Shown piece after piece: positions 11,555-21,468 of a stretch of DNA of 64,000 bases. The notes under the pieces were generated by a model that did not search any database, was not told the origin of the DNA, and saw only the letters and a list, made by a program, of their open reading frames with translations. Origin of the DNA: Schizochytrium sp. TIO01 (Eukaryota > Protista > Bigyra: Labyrinthulomycetes); NCBI GenBank assembly GCA_004764695.1, contig SMSO01000014.1, positions 6,934,029-6,998,028 on the forward strand, read 5' to 3'. The position numbers were made by a program, and so were the translations under genes. How positions within the stretch are numbered: position 1 is the first letter of the stretch; every line of letters starts with the position of its first letter.

Positions 11555-12870
11555 TGGAATGCTCGAGGGCAGTTGGTTTCCTGCGTTGGCATCAATCACT
11601 GCGTCCGTCACCTGCGACGTGAGAGAGCACAGCATCGAGACAGGGGACTGTCAGTTCGCGGTAACAGGCACTTCAGGTCGACGAGGAGTCCGTTGTTATT
11701 CAACAGCGATTGGATCGCGAACGGAGCGATTCGATCGCAGGCTTCATCCGCAGTCGAGATTTGTGCAGTCGAGAGCTGGGCTTGGAATGCGAAGAATCTC
11801 AGTCTCGCAGGCAGGCAGGCAGTCATTCTCTGTCTAGAGCCAGCCAACCGGAGGCAAGAAGAAGCTGAGGTCTGTTCTCAACTCAAGCCAAAACAATCGC
11901 TCATGGACAGGTAGGTGGGTAGGCGGCGTTCTCGTGCCGCCTCTTCAATTGGGCTTCTGGTGCTTCAAGGTTAGCTTTGGACTGAGTCGCACCTTTGGCA
12001 TAGTCTTTCAATTGAAGAGCGATGAAGATAGAGCTGCAGGTTAGGTACCTACATTCATACCTACCTACTACTCCTTATTGGTAGGTAAAGTACAAAAAGA
12101 GAGAAAGAAAGAGCTTAAAAGAAAGAACTTGAAAGAAAGAAAGAACTTGAAAGAAGAAAGAAAGAACTTGAAAGAAAGACAGAGAGAGCGCTCTCTAATA
12201 CTATCACACGAACGTTTGGCAACGAGCGAATCGACATTTGGCAACACATGCTGTGATTGGTGCGACTGCCTCATGAAAAGCCTCCGCGAGTGAAGCAACC
12301 CTCAAAAGTAAGCAATACGATGGTAAAGAAATACACACCGTGCCAAGAGAGCCTCGAGCGGGAACAAACAGAACGTGCGAATCGGCAGCAAAGAAAAGCA
12401 CACGAAAAGAAAAGGCAGCTAGCTCACTACACCAGCGCATCCCCTAGCGAACTAGATACTCTTTTCTCTAGGCCCTCCCGATTTCCTTTTCACCTCAGTT
12501 GTGGCGAGCAAGAGGGGACGCCCTTCAGCTGACTCGCCCTACTCAGTGGGTAGGCACTCTTAGCAGCAGCCAAGCAAGAAGCAAGAAGCAACAAGGAAGC
12601 ACGAGCACTCATCACAGACAGACTCTCTCTCTCTCTCTCTCTCTTTAATTAATTAAGTGCCATCCATACATACATACATAGATAGTACGCGCACCCTTCA
12701 AGTTCTTCTTCGGCGAGTGCGCGGCTCTCTTCGTCTCCTTCCCTCCGCCTGATGCAGTTCGCGCAAGCAGAGAGAGAGAGAGAATAGAGAGAGAGTGGCG
12801 TGAGGAGGAGACCCAATGCGACGGGAGAGGGCTTGAGGAGAAGGAGGTCCGGCGGCACGAGGGAACGGAA

Positions 12871-12923
12871 GAAGCAAAAGAAGCAAAAGAAGCAAAAGAA
12901 GCAAAAGAAGCAAAAGAAGCAAA
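12871..12923. repeat. 9-bp tandem repeat (GAAGCAAAA) x~6
   Basis: Read directly; lies in the purine/pyrimidine-skewed leader upstream of the phosphatase gene. Confidence 0.9.
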
Positions 12924-13152
12924 GCAGCAGGAGAACGAAGAGGAAGGAGGCTTTCTCAGAGCGCTAGCTGTTCTGCCTCTCCTTGTCTCTCCTCATTACT
13001 TCAGCTCTGTCTGCCTACTACCTAGTACACCTTAATAGTCTCTCTTTTGTCTTTCTATCTTCTTTTTTTCCCTTCTCTTCGTCAGTTTCTTCAAGTTCTA
13101 AAGCTTCTTTGTTTATATCTCTCTCTTTTTCTCTCTTTCTCTCTCTTTCTCT

Positions 13153-13437
13153 GTGAGTAGTGAGCACCTATAGCAGTCCTAGTAAGCAGGTTCCGCTCTG
13201 TCTTTCAGCTTTCTTTTTTTCTTTCTTTCTTTCTTTCTTTCTTCCTTTCTTTCTTTCTTTCTCCTCTCTAGCTTCGACATACGTGTAGGTATGGCTATAT
13301 GTTAGCTAGCTAAAACTGTAGCATGCGATATGTGGGCTCCTAAGCTAAGCTATCGATCGCTCTCATTGCCATTGTCAGCCATATCGTTCTATTTCACTCA
13401 AAAATAAATTCATTCTATTTATTTCATTCTACTTCAG
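13153..13437 (+). other. Putative 5'-UTR spliceosomal intron of the phosphatase gene
   Basis: GTGAGT donor at 13153 and a pyrimidine-rich acceptor TTCATTCTACTTCAG ending at 13437, about 110 nt upstream of the ATG at 13547. No transcript evidence. Confidence 0.4.
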
Positions 13438-13546
13438 TCAGTCGGAAAAAGGTCAAAAAAAGTCAGAAAGTCCTCGCAGACACCAAAGTCCGTGCAGACG
13501 CTTAGCACGCGGACAACGACCAGCACGGAGCGGCGCAGTATCGGGC

Positions 13547-14749
13547 ATGGAGGTCCTGCAGAGACCGAGCAAGCGCCTCCGCACAGGTCCGGCAGCAGAG
13601 GCGAGCGAGACGGGCGTTTTCTGGGCCGAAAACAACTGTACCGGGGAATCTCAGCACGCTGCCACAAACCCAACATGCAACCACAGCAACAGCAATAATA
13701 GTAACAACACGACCACCAACAACACGACCACCAACAACACCAGCAACGATGACAGCGGTGATAGAATCGGGATGGAGAAATGTTGCGTCATCGCCAACCA
13801 GTGCGCTAGTCGGGATGACAACATCAGCTGCACCAGCAATAACAACAATAATAACAGCTTCAGCGAATTAGCAGGTGACGAGGAAAAAAGGAAACGCGAG
13901 AACGCTGCAGCGGAAGTAGCCAGAGCTGCAGACGGCCACACGGCGAGCCATGCTGTGAACCCAAAGCAAGATCAAGAAGAAAATCAACAGTCATCTGATG
14001 TTGGAGTTGCAGGCGAAACAGCAACAAAGATGGAGCTGCAACAGGAGAAATATTCTGAGGAAAGTGCTTCGTCTGCGGGCAGCACTACAAACAGTGCTCC
14101 CGATCCATCGACCAGCGCTTATACAGAACACCCTTCTCGAAACTCTTCTTGCAGTGCGAATGAGATGTCCTCCTCCACAACTCCCCACCCTATGACCTCA
14201 GCGATGACAAATCTGCAATCACCCTCTTCCAATACTATACCTCCTTCGTCTCAAGGATCCCCAATGGATACAGATGGGAAATCAGTCACCATGCATGAGC
14301 AAGATGGAAAAAATGATCCAGCTTTGTCTACTGAAAATGATGCAAACACACAAGACAAAGGTAGCAGCTCTACCACCCTCATGCTCGACACAACCGAAAA
14401 GAAACACCCACAAGTTGACCTGGCATCAATCTCTATTACTCTTAATGCCACGACAACGGAGGGGAAAACATTAAAGCGCGATATTGCGATTCTTGATGAA
14501 AACTCAAACACCGCCTTGAATGCTTGTCTCGAGAAGGATGAGGTGCTGGGGAGTATTTCTCTGGTCAAGGTTCCAGCAGACGATGATGATGACGACGACG
14601 ACCTGCGAGCTCCTCTCCCGCCTGATTCTCCGCTGCCGCCTTATGAGAGTCACGGCCTGCCTTGGTACTTCTCTGTTCCATCATCGTTGGCTTGGAGGGG
14701 AGCGACAGGGGATGATTTTGTTGGGGACATTACAGAAGACACTATTTGA
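13547..14749 (+). CDS. Low-complexity 400-aa ORF, probably the N-terminal part of the PPP phosphatase (frame 0)
   Basis: ATG start, NLS-like RPSKRLR, and N/S/T/D-rich disordered composition matching the start of the downstream frame. Ends ATT-TGA while the +1 frame is already open. Confidence 0.7.
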   Translation: MEVLQRPSKRLRTGPAAEASETGVFWAENNCTGESQHAATNPTCNHSNSNNSNNTTTNNTTTNNTSNDDSGDRIGMEKCCVIANQCASRDDNISCTSNNNNNNSFSELAGDEEKRKRENAAAEVARAADGHTASHAVNPKQDQEENQQSSDVGVAGETATKMELQQEKYSEESASSAGSTTNSAPDPSTSAYTEHPSRNSSCSANEMSSSTTPHPMTSAMTNLQSPSSNTIPPSSQGSPMDTDGKSVTMHEQDGKNDPALSTENDANTQDKGSSSTTLMLDTTEKKHPQVDLASISITLNATTTEGKTLKRDIAILDENSNTALNACLEKDEVLGSISLVKVPADDDDDDDDLRAPLPPDSPLPPYESHGLPWYFSVPSSLAWRGATGDDFVGDITEDTI

Positions 14750-17015
14750 AGGAACTGGATCTGGCCTTGTGAACTCTGCAACACAGAGTTCTGCAGCGAA
14801 AGAAAATGACGCTGATTTGAGGCCACGGATGTGGTCCGCATGGAAATCTAACTCGTCGACTATGTCCTCCTCGTCTGGTGACTCTTCCTCCTCTTCCTCC
14901 TCTTCCTCTTCCTCGTCAACGCACTTAGGGGGGAATGTGGAAGATGCTGATACAGAGAACCGAGAGAACCGCGAGAACCTTCCTTTAGAGCAGCAAGACA
15001 AGAAACACGATGACCTTGGCAAGAACTCATCGTGTTCAGCAACTATCACTCCTTCTCAACTTGCAGGGCCTGAAACAAAAACCGAAGTTGAAACACCTTC
15101 ATGCGCTGCTGCTGCTGCTGCAGCAGCAGAAAACGCTCCACGTTTCATCAGTCGTATGCCACCGTTGCTTCTCAACCATGCGTGCTCATCTTCTGAATCT
15201 TCTGCTGAACAGCGCGAGACCAATCAAGGCAGTCTTGTGGTATCTCATCATCATTATCATTCTTCGTTAAATGCTCGGAAGAGCTTATTAGATGACGATG
15301 ACTTTATTCGAGGAAACGAAGATCATAGTGAAATTCTCCGCGAGAATGAGCTAGGCAATGATGACGATGACGACGATGAACACCACTCTCTTCGTCTGCA
15401 TCGCTTACACAATCGCCACCGACACCTCACTGATGATTTTCATGATGGAGAGGATGGTGTCGAGGACGAGGATGAGGACGAGGATCTCTACGAAGAAATA
15501 ACTTCGGAATGCGAAGATGGTGATGAGGAAGAAGATCTGGTCGTGGCATCCCCTCGTGCCAAGGTTCACGATGAACTCACACTGCAGAAAATTGGAGATG
15601 CAGACTCTGACACTTTACGAAAGATGGTAGTAGCATTAAAAAAGCAAAACGCTACGCTGCGCTCGGAAAATGATCACTTGCGCAAGAGGTCTGCGCGTCT
15701 TTCACCAGCTATGTACACTGTACACGGCCCGAAAACCGTTCGTAAGATGCGTTTAGGGCGTTCGGCAAGCATTGCGACTCGGCGTGAATTGAGCAGACTG
15801 ATGAATACTCCTGGTTCACCTGCTCCCCGGAGTGTTGAGGAGTTAGGTTTCAATGACCGTATGGACAAGCTTATTTCTCAAGGTGGACTGACACGCCAGC
15901 ACGAATACCTTAGCACCATGCAGTTTGCCAACGACCTTTTGGCACTTTGTGACCGCGTTTCAAAAATCTTTATGCAAGAAAAACGTGTCCTGGAACTCTC
16001 TTCGCCTCTTTATGTATTTGGCGACTTGCACGGGAACTTTGAGGACCTTCAATTTTTCGCTGAACATGTGTGGCCTATGGGCATGCGTCTGAGCGCAGGC
16101 AAGTTTCTGTTTCTAGGTGATTACGTGGACCGAGGCGAGTACGGCCTTGAACTCTTGGCTTATCTCTTGGCTCAAAAGGTGCAGGTTCCAGACAAGATGT
16201 TCATGATTCGTGGCAATCATGAAACCCGTGCTGTGAACGGCTGGGAGGCTTATTATGGAAGCGGATCTTTTGTGTATCAGTGCCAAGCCCGGTTTGGACG
16301 TGAAAAGGGACTTGAAGTGTGGGAGGCGTGCAATCGTGTTTTTGATACCCTTCCTCTTGCTTGTGTGGTTGATGACTCTATTTTCTGCGTGCATGGCGGA
16401 ATCCCTTGCCCTACGAGCCTGCAGCAACAGGAACAGCAAGACATTGGACCCATTGCTCATTCATTCTCCCCTGATCGCCGTATTGAAGATATGCGCGCAC
16501 TTCCTTGCCCCCTCGATATCCACCCTCCACAACCCGAAGACGGAGATGAAGCTAATCGCTTGGCTTTTAGTCTGCTTTGGGCAGATCCCGCTGACGCTGA
16601 CCAGGAGGATTCTTTAAAAGAATCTGATAGCGGCTTCGCAGAGAGTGCGCGTGGTGGAGGAACTGTTGTTTTCGGCAGCAAAGCTGTGAACGATTTTTTG
16701 AAGCAAAATAAATTCAGTTATATCATGCGGGCGCATGAAGCTACTGCAAATGGCGTTGGCGTCTGTAAATCAGCAAAGGTACTAACTGTTTTCTCGACAT
16801 CTAAAGACCACGGCTGTGGTTCAAGCGCCAAATGTGGTTGTGTCCTTGTGGATCGTGACCGCATTCAGGCTATTTCCAGGAGCGCGCAGTATAGGAGCTA
16901 CGTTTCAAGTAGCTCTTCCATGCTGCCTGGAGAAGTTCATGCTTCTTCATTTGATAATGCTGGGTCTTCGGGAAGCTCCTCAGCACTTACAACCTCCTGG
17001 CCATCTTGTGCATAA
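14712..17015 (+). CDS. PPP-family (calcineurin-like) Ser/Thr protein phosphatase, C-terminal part (+1 frame)
   Basis: Catalytic motifs GDLHG, GDYVDRG, RGNHE, HGG, LLWADP and RAHE, preceded by acidic/His-rich tracts and a coiled coil. The 5' boundary is uncertain (in-frame ATG at 14712, or a junction near 14745). Confidence 0.9.
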   Translation: MILLGTLQKTLFEGTGSGLVNSATQSSAAKENDADLRPRMWSAWKSNSSTMSSSSGDSSSSSSSSSSSSTHLGGNVEDADTENRENRENLPLEQQDKKHDDLGKNSSCSATITPSQLAGPETKTEVETPSCAAAAAAAAENAPRFISRMPPLLLNHACSSSESSAEQRETNQGSLVVSHHHYHSSLNARKSLLDDDDFIRGNEDHSEILRENELGNDDDDDDEHHSLRLHRLHNRHRHLTDDFHDGEDGVEDEDEDEDLYEEITSECEDGDEEEDLVVASPRAKVHDELTLQKIGDADSDTLRKMVVALKKQNATLRSENDHLRKRSARLSPAMYTVHGPKTVRKMRLGRSASIATRRELSRLMNTPGSPAPRSVEELGFNDRMDKLISQGGLTRQHEYLSTMQFANDLLALCDRVSKIFMQEKRVLELSSPLYVFGDLHGNFEDLQFFAEHVWPMGMRLSAGKFLFLGDYVDRGEYGLELLAYLLAQKVQVPDKMFMIRGNHETRAVNGWEAYYGSGSFVYQCQARFGREKGLEVWEACNRVFDTLPLACVVDDSIFCVHGGIPCPTSLQQQEQQDIGPIAHSFSPDRRIEDMRALPCPLDIHPPQPEDGDEANRLAFSLLWADPADADQEDSLKESDSGFAESARGGGTVVFGSKAVNDFLKQNKFSYIMRAHEATANGVGVCKSAKVLTVFSTSKDHGCGSSAKCGCVLVDRDRIQAISRSAQYRSYVSSSSSMLPGEVHASSFDNAGSSGSSSALTTSWPSCA

Positions 17016-17995
17016 TCTCTTTTCTTACATTAGTTTCCCATTCTACCGGATTTACACCTGTTTACTGATGTAGTACTCTACTTTGATTGATCTCGTGTAA
17101 CAAAAAACATAACAACATACAATTTTACATTTTTTAATTTTTTTTTGAAGCACAAATAAAAAATGGCTACATACGTATATTAGATTCTTCTGAACAAAAT
17201 TGTACGAAACAAACAAATTAGAACTATCACTGGAAGCATCCTTTTTGTGATGTTTTCAATACTGGCCAAGATATTCAGAACATGTGGCCATCATTTCTAA
17301 GCCGCGTGGCTGACTGATTATGCTAAGTTCAGAGGTCGATTAGACAGAAAGATCTTAACTATTGAACACGCTAGGATTAATTAATTGCATATGGCATCTT
17401 CTCATCTTATCTTTTATAGTAACTGGGTAGCTCATGTTTGCTCAAAGCAAAGCTCAATGCAGTTTCTATATATTTACTTTCGGAGAAGGGTGAAATGTTT
17501 CTGGTTTTGATATTTGGAGTGGCTCTCTCGATAGCTAATTTCATCAGACAGATAGCACGGAGAAAAAAAAAAAATTTTTCTCTTTCTGGTATCACGCTCA
17601 AAGAAAGCCTAGAGCAACTCTCGTTAGATTTCACAAACTCTACTAGTAGTTGCTTTTCAGTCGCTCAATAGCTATTTCGATATAAGACAAAACTCATTTC
17701 GAGACATCTAAACTTTGAAAGGAAAACATCTTATTAAAAGGTTACGTGAGCAGCCACGACGTAGTATAAGGGGTGCGCACAGACTGGGAAAGATGTAGAG
17801 GAGTTTTACGAGCTGTGCTGCAAAATTTTCAATCAAAGATAGCTTCAAACAGAAACGATCAGTTGGTAGGTTGTGCATCTTGGTGGATCGCCCCGATTTG
17901 AAACGGTGTTCGCTTTGAATTTAGAAATAAGGGTAAAACTAAACCTCGGCATTGGTTGGTACCTCAAAGTGACAAATTTTCAGTTCATATTTTAT

Positions 17996-19417
17996 TCAAG
18001 CGACTGGGATCTTCCAAAGTTGCATTGTGTCGCCGACGAGAAGCAAAGAACCAGTAACAAGCATCCGTGTACGAACCTCATTAGGTCCAGTGAACTCATG
18101 CTGTACGTCATCCTTGATTGCATCAAGCGCATCCTGTAGAGAATTGTATACAAAAGCTGGACCGATATCTCGCATGGTCTCACTCCAAACCTCGCCTAGG
18201 ACCGACTCCCATTTGGCGATTTCTGGAGATCCGGTTTCATCTAATGAAGATGTGGATGGCTCCTTGCCTAGGATTTCAGCAGCAGATTTCATCTTAACGT
18301 AAGTTGGCTTAGCATACAAGGTTGGAGTGAAAATTACCTTATCAAACTTGAGGCCGCTCTTTTTAATTTCTGCAAAAAGTAGCAATGGGTCTCGTGAATG
18401 CATGCAAGAAAAGAGTAGTACATTTCGAACTGCATCAGGAGTCGGCAATTCCAGCTCATCTTTAGCCCATTGCAATGCACAAGCAATACTTTTCGGGGTA
18501 TGTGCGCCATCCAGAAAGACCTCAAGGTCTTCACTAAGGGTTTCCTTTTGGCTGCGCCCAGGCCACTTCACCTCCTCAAGACCTTGCCTCAAGACGGCAT
18601 TAGTCACAACATCGGGTGCTACCAATCGAGTGATTTCAGCAACGATCCCAGCATTTATATATTGATGATCGCCGGCTAAGCCAAGCTTGCAGAATGATTT
18701 GTCCAGAGGCGTTGCTACAACAACCTCACCAGCACAAACCTTTGTAGCAACGTCCTTGATCACATCAACTGCCGAGGGTTCTTGACCAGAAGAAATAACC
18801 ACAGGCGAGCCAAACTTGATGATTCCAGCCTTTTCTGCAGCAATTTTCTCAATCGTATCCCCAAGGTACTCTGTGTGATCAAGATCAAGTAGGGTAATTG
18901 CACATGCAGCTGGGGCTCCGAGTAGATTAGTTGCATCTAAACGTCCTCCAAGACCAACTTCAATGATGACTACATCAAGCTCTTGCGCTGCGAAAATGTG
19001 AAACCCGAGAACCGTGAGAAAACTGAAAAATCCTGGCATTAGGTTTTCTCTCGTGAGCGTATTGTATACTTGTTCAAAGTGGTGTGCCAGAAGTTCTTCT
19101 GACACTGGTTTACCTTGCAATCGAACTCGCTCGTGTGGACGAACCATGTGCGGAGAAGTGAAAAGACCAGTACGAAGTCCAGCAGCGCGAAAGACACGCT
19201 CCAGCATTGCGCAAGTTGAACCTTTTCCTTTAGTTCCTGCGACATGAATAACACGAGGTGCTAGCTTCTTGTCCAGTTCAGGTCCCACGCACAGTCCAAT
19301 GGCCTCCATGCATGGCTTGAACTCTTCGAGCAGCTCTTCGCGTGAGGTTGGTGCGTTTCGAGGAGTAGGTGATTGACGCACTAAGCGCATGATGCGCTCC
19401 TCCATACCTCCTGCCAT
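17996..19417 (-). CDS. FPGS: Folylpolyglutamate synthase (FolC/FPGS family)
   Basis: VIHVAGTKGKGST P-loop, GLFTSPH, EVGLGGRLDATN, DHTEYLG, EKAGIIK, WPGR, LDGAHT, LVTGSLLLVG. Confidence 0.93.
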   Translation of the reverse strand: MAGGMEERIMRLVRQSPTPRNAPTSREELLEEFKPCMEAIGLCVGPELDKKLAPRVIHVAGTKGKGSTCAMLERVFRAAGLRTGLFTSPHMVRPHERVRLQGKPVSEELLAHHFEQVYNTLTRENLMPGFFSFLTVLGFHIFAAQELDVVIIEVGLGGRLDATNLLGAPAACAITLLDLDHTEYLGDTIEKIAAEKAGIIKFGSPVVISSGQEPSAVDVIKDVATKVCAGEVVVATPLDKSFCKLGLAGDHQYINAGIVAEITRLVAPDVVTNAVLRQGLEEVKWPGRSQKETLSEDLEVFLDGAHTPKSIACALQWAKDELELPTPDAVRNVLLFSCMHSRDPLLLFAEIKKSGLKFDKVIFTPTLYAKPTYVKMKSAAEILGKEPSTSSLDETGSPEIAKWESVLGEVWSETMRDIGPAFVYNSLQDALDAIKDDVQHEFTGPNEVRTRMLVTGSLLLVGDTMQLWKIPVA

Positions 19418-21468
19418 TAGGTTTTCTCAGCTGCTAGGGTCTTCCTTGCGTGTGTTTTGGAATTGAATCCAATGCTTGAACTATTTTGCAAGAACCACTC
19501 CCCCAGTCATTCCTCATTTTTGCAATAGTTTCTTTTAGTTTCTTTTTTTCTTTTTTATGTCCTACTTATGCTCTATCTAGATACTAGATAGGCACCTACT
19601 ACCTAGAGCCGAACTACCTCTACGATTATTGGTAGCCATCACTGCGACCATCTTTAATCTTAATTGACTTTGCTTTATTCGTTTCTCTAAATATGCAGCA
19701 CTTTTTAAGTCCAAACAAATTCTATTACATGAAATAGGCACAGTCAGGCCGAGGACAATCTACAAATCTTCAGAGCAACCAATGCTCCAAGTACCTCTAA
19801 GTACCTCCAAGTACCTCTCTTTGGCTTTTTGTTTTTCAAATGTAGATAGCACTTGCAGGTCTTAGGAGTTCCTATGTAGGCGCTACCTACCTTTGCTTCT
19901 CAATTCAAGGAGTATTTTAGGTACTACATCATATGATGTAGCACAAATATATTTTACATAATATTATTTTTAAAATTAAAAAATTAAAAAATTAAGTCAG
20001 AACCTCAAGCTGGGACTGATTTTCTCTCATTCCCAACTTCCTTTTTGATGTTTCTGGGTAAGAATAACTAAATTCCTCTTCAAACTCACCAGCCCAAGAC
20101 ATCCAGTTTGATCGTGATTTTATAAACTGAAAAATGACAGTAATTACACATCTATGTCTAATTTCCCTCGCTCACTTTATCACACACCTTCAAGCCTGAA
20201 CAAACCAACAAATTGGGTACCGCTCAAATCCCTTTTTTCCAACATTCACTCGAGCAGATGTAATAATTGAAAATAGATTTTGTTAAGTATTCTCAAAAAC
20301 GATTAAACTCAAATCTAACTTCATAACCCTAGGAAGTGCTAAAAATCCTAGCAGCGCAGTGCGTTGTCTCAATCTTTGTGTGAGTGAGTGAGTATTGTCA
20401 GCAGTTAAGTAGGTTTTACCTGCACTAGATGAAGTCAACTGCAAAACTCTAAAAGTCTGGCGGCAAGATCTCAGGGATGCCTCAAAAAGCGTAGCCCTGG
20501 GCGAGGGATTTTAGAGACCCAGGGCCAAGTAGCAACCAGAATAACAGCTGAATACCTTTTTTCTGATTTTGCAAAAGCAGGTCACTAAAGAACAAGGACT
20601 ATTGGAGTTTATTTCTTGAGTTTTTACCGCCTTTGAAGCAACAGATACATCTGATAAGCAAGAGCAAGCTCGCTCAAGTAAAAGAACTTTTGTGAAGCTC
20701 ACACGTACAATCAGCTCGACAACAAGACCTCAATTCTGAATTTATCTTGCATATCTACTTTTGAATTTAAAAAAATTAAATCAAGAAGAAGCACTGCCAC
20801 CACTTTCCCTCAAGTTTTTTAACTTTTTCGTTGACCTAAAAGTTTTCCAAGTAATGATCATGAATAGCTGGGTAGGTATGAGTCATTCTGCGCAAGACAA
20901 TTTCGTCACACCAAGGTCTGAATTTTTCTTGGTGAGGTCGTCTTTTAATTTAAAAGCTACCATGGTATCAAAGTTCCATTGTGAAAGAAAGCGTCCTTGG
21001 ATCAATTCCACACCTTCTAATGTTGACTGAGAGCCTTGCTGCTAATGAATAAAACTTAATGAACAAATGGAGTGTGATTATAATATGATTAATGAAAAAA
21101 CTAACTTTTGTCGATATCTATTCGTCTCTCCAAGTTGTGAACCTAAGGCTTTATTCCTTTACCATAGTCTTGGATCCTATCAAACTTTTAAGGAGCTATA
21201 CATTTCATTTCGCATTGTCTTACACTACGATGTTACAGAAGCTGGTAAACGCGATGTATACGAGTTTGGAACAAGGCAGGAATACAGGTAGAGAACGACA
21301 AAAGAAACAGTTTTTCCCAAGTAACTAAATCTAGGCTCTTCGAGTCAACGTCTTGTTCCCCGTATGCAAAACTTTGCCGAAATGAACAAATCCCCTACTT
21401 TAACTTATTAGCTCAAAGGACTTTCATACATTAACTTGCATTTAGTGGCTGACAAACAGTCGCACTAT

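Noticed and set aside
11300-11914. 204-aa ORF (also 8413-8823, 27735-28136 and 49427-49894)
   Set aside because: No recognisable motifs, atypical composition, and location in repeat-rich leader or intergenic DNA.
14747-14809. UGA readthrough or selenocysteine giving RNWIWPCELCNTEFCSERK
   Set aside because: Adds only 19 codons before another stop, does not reach the catalytic domain, and no SECIS element was identified.
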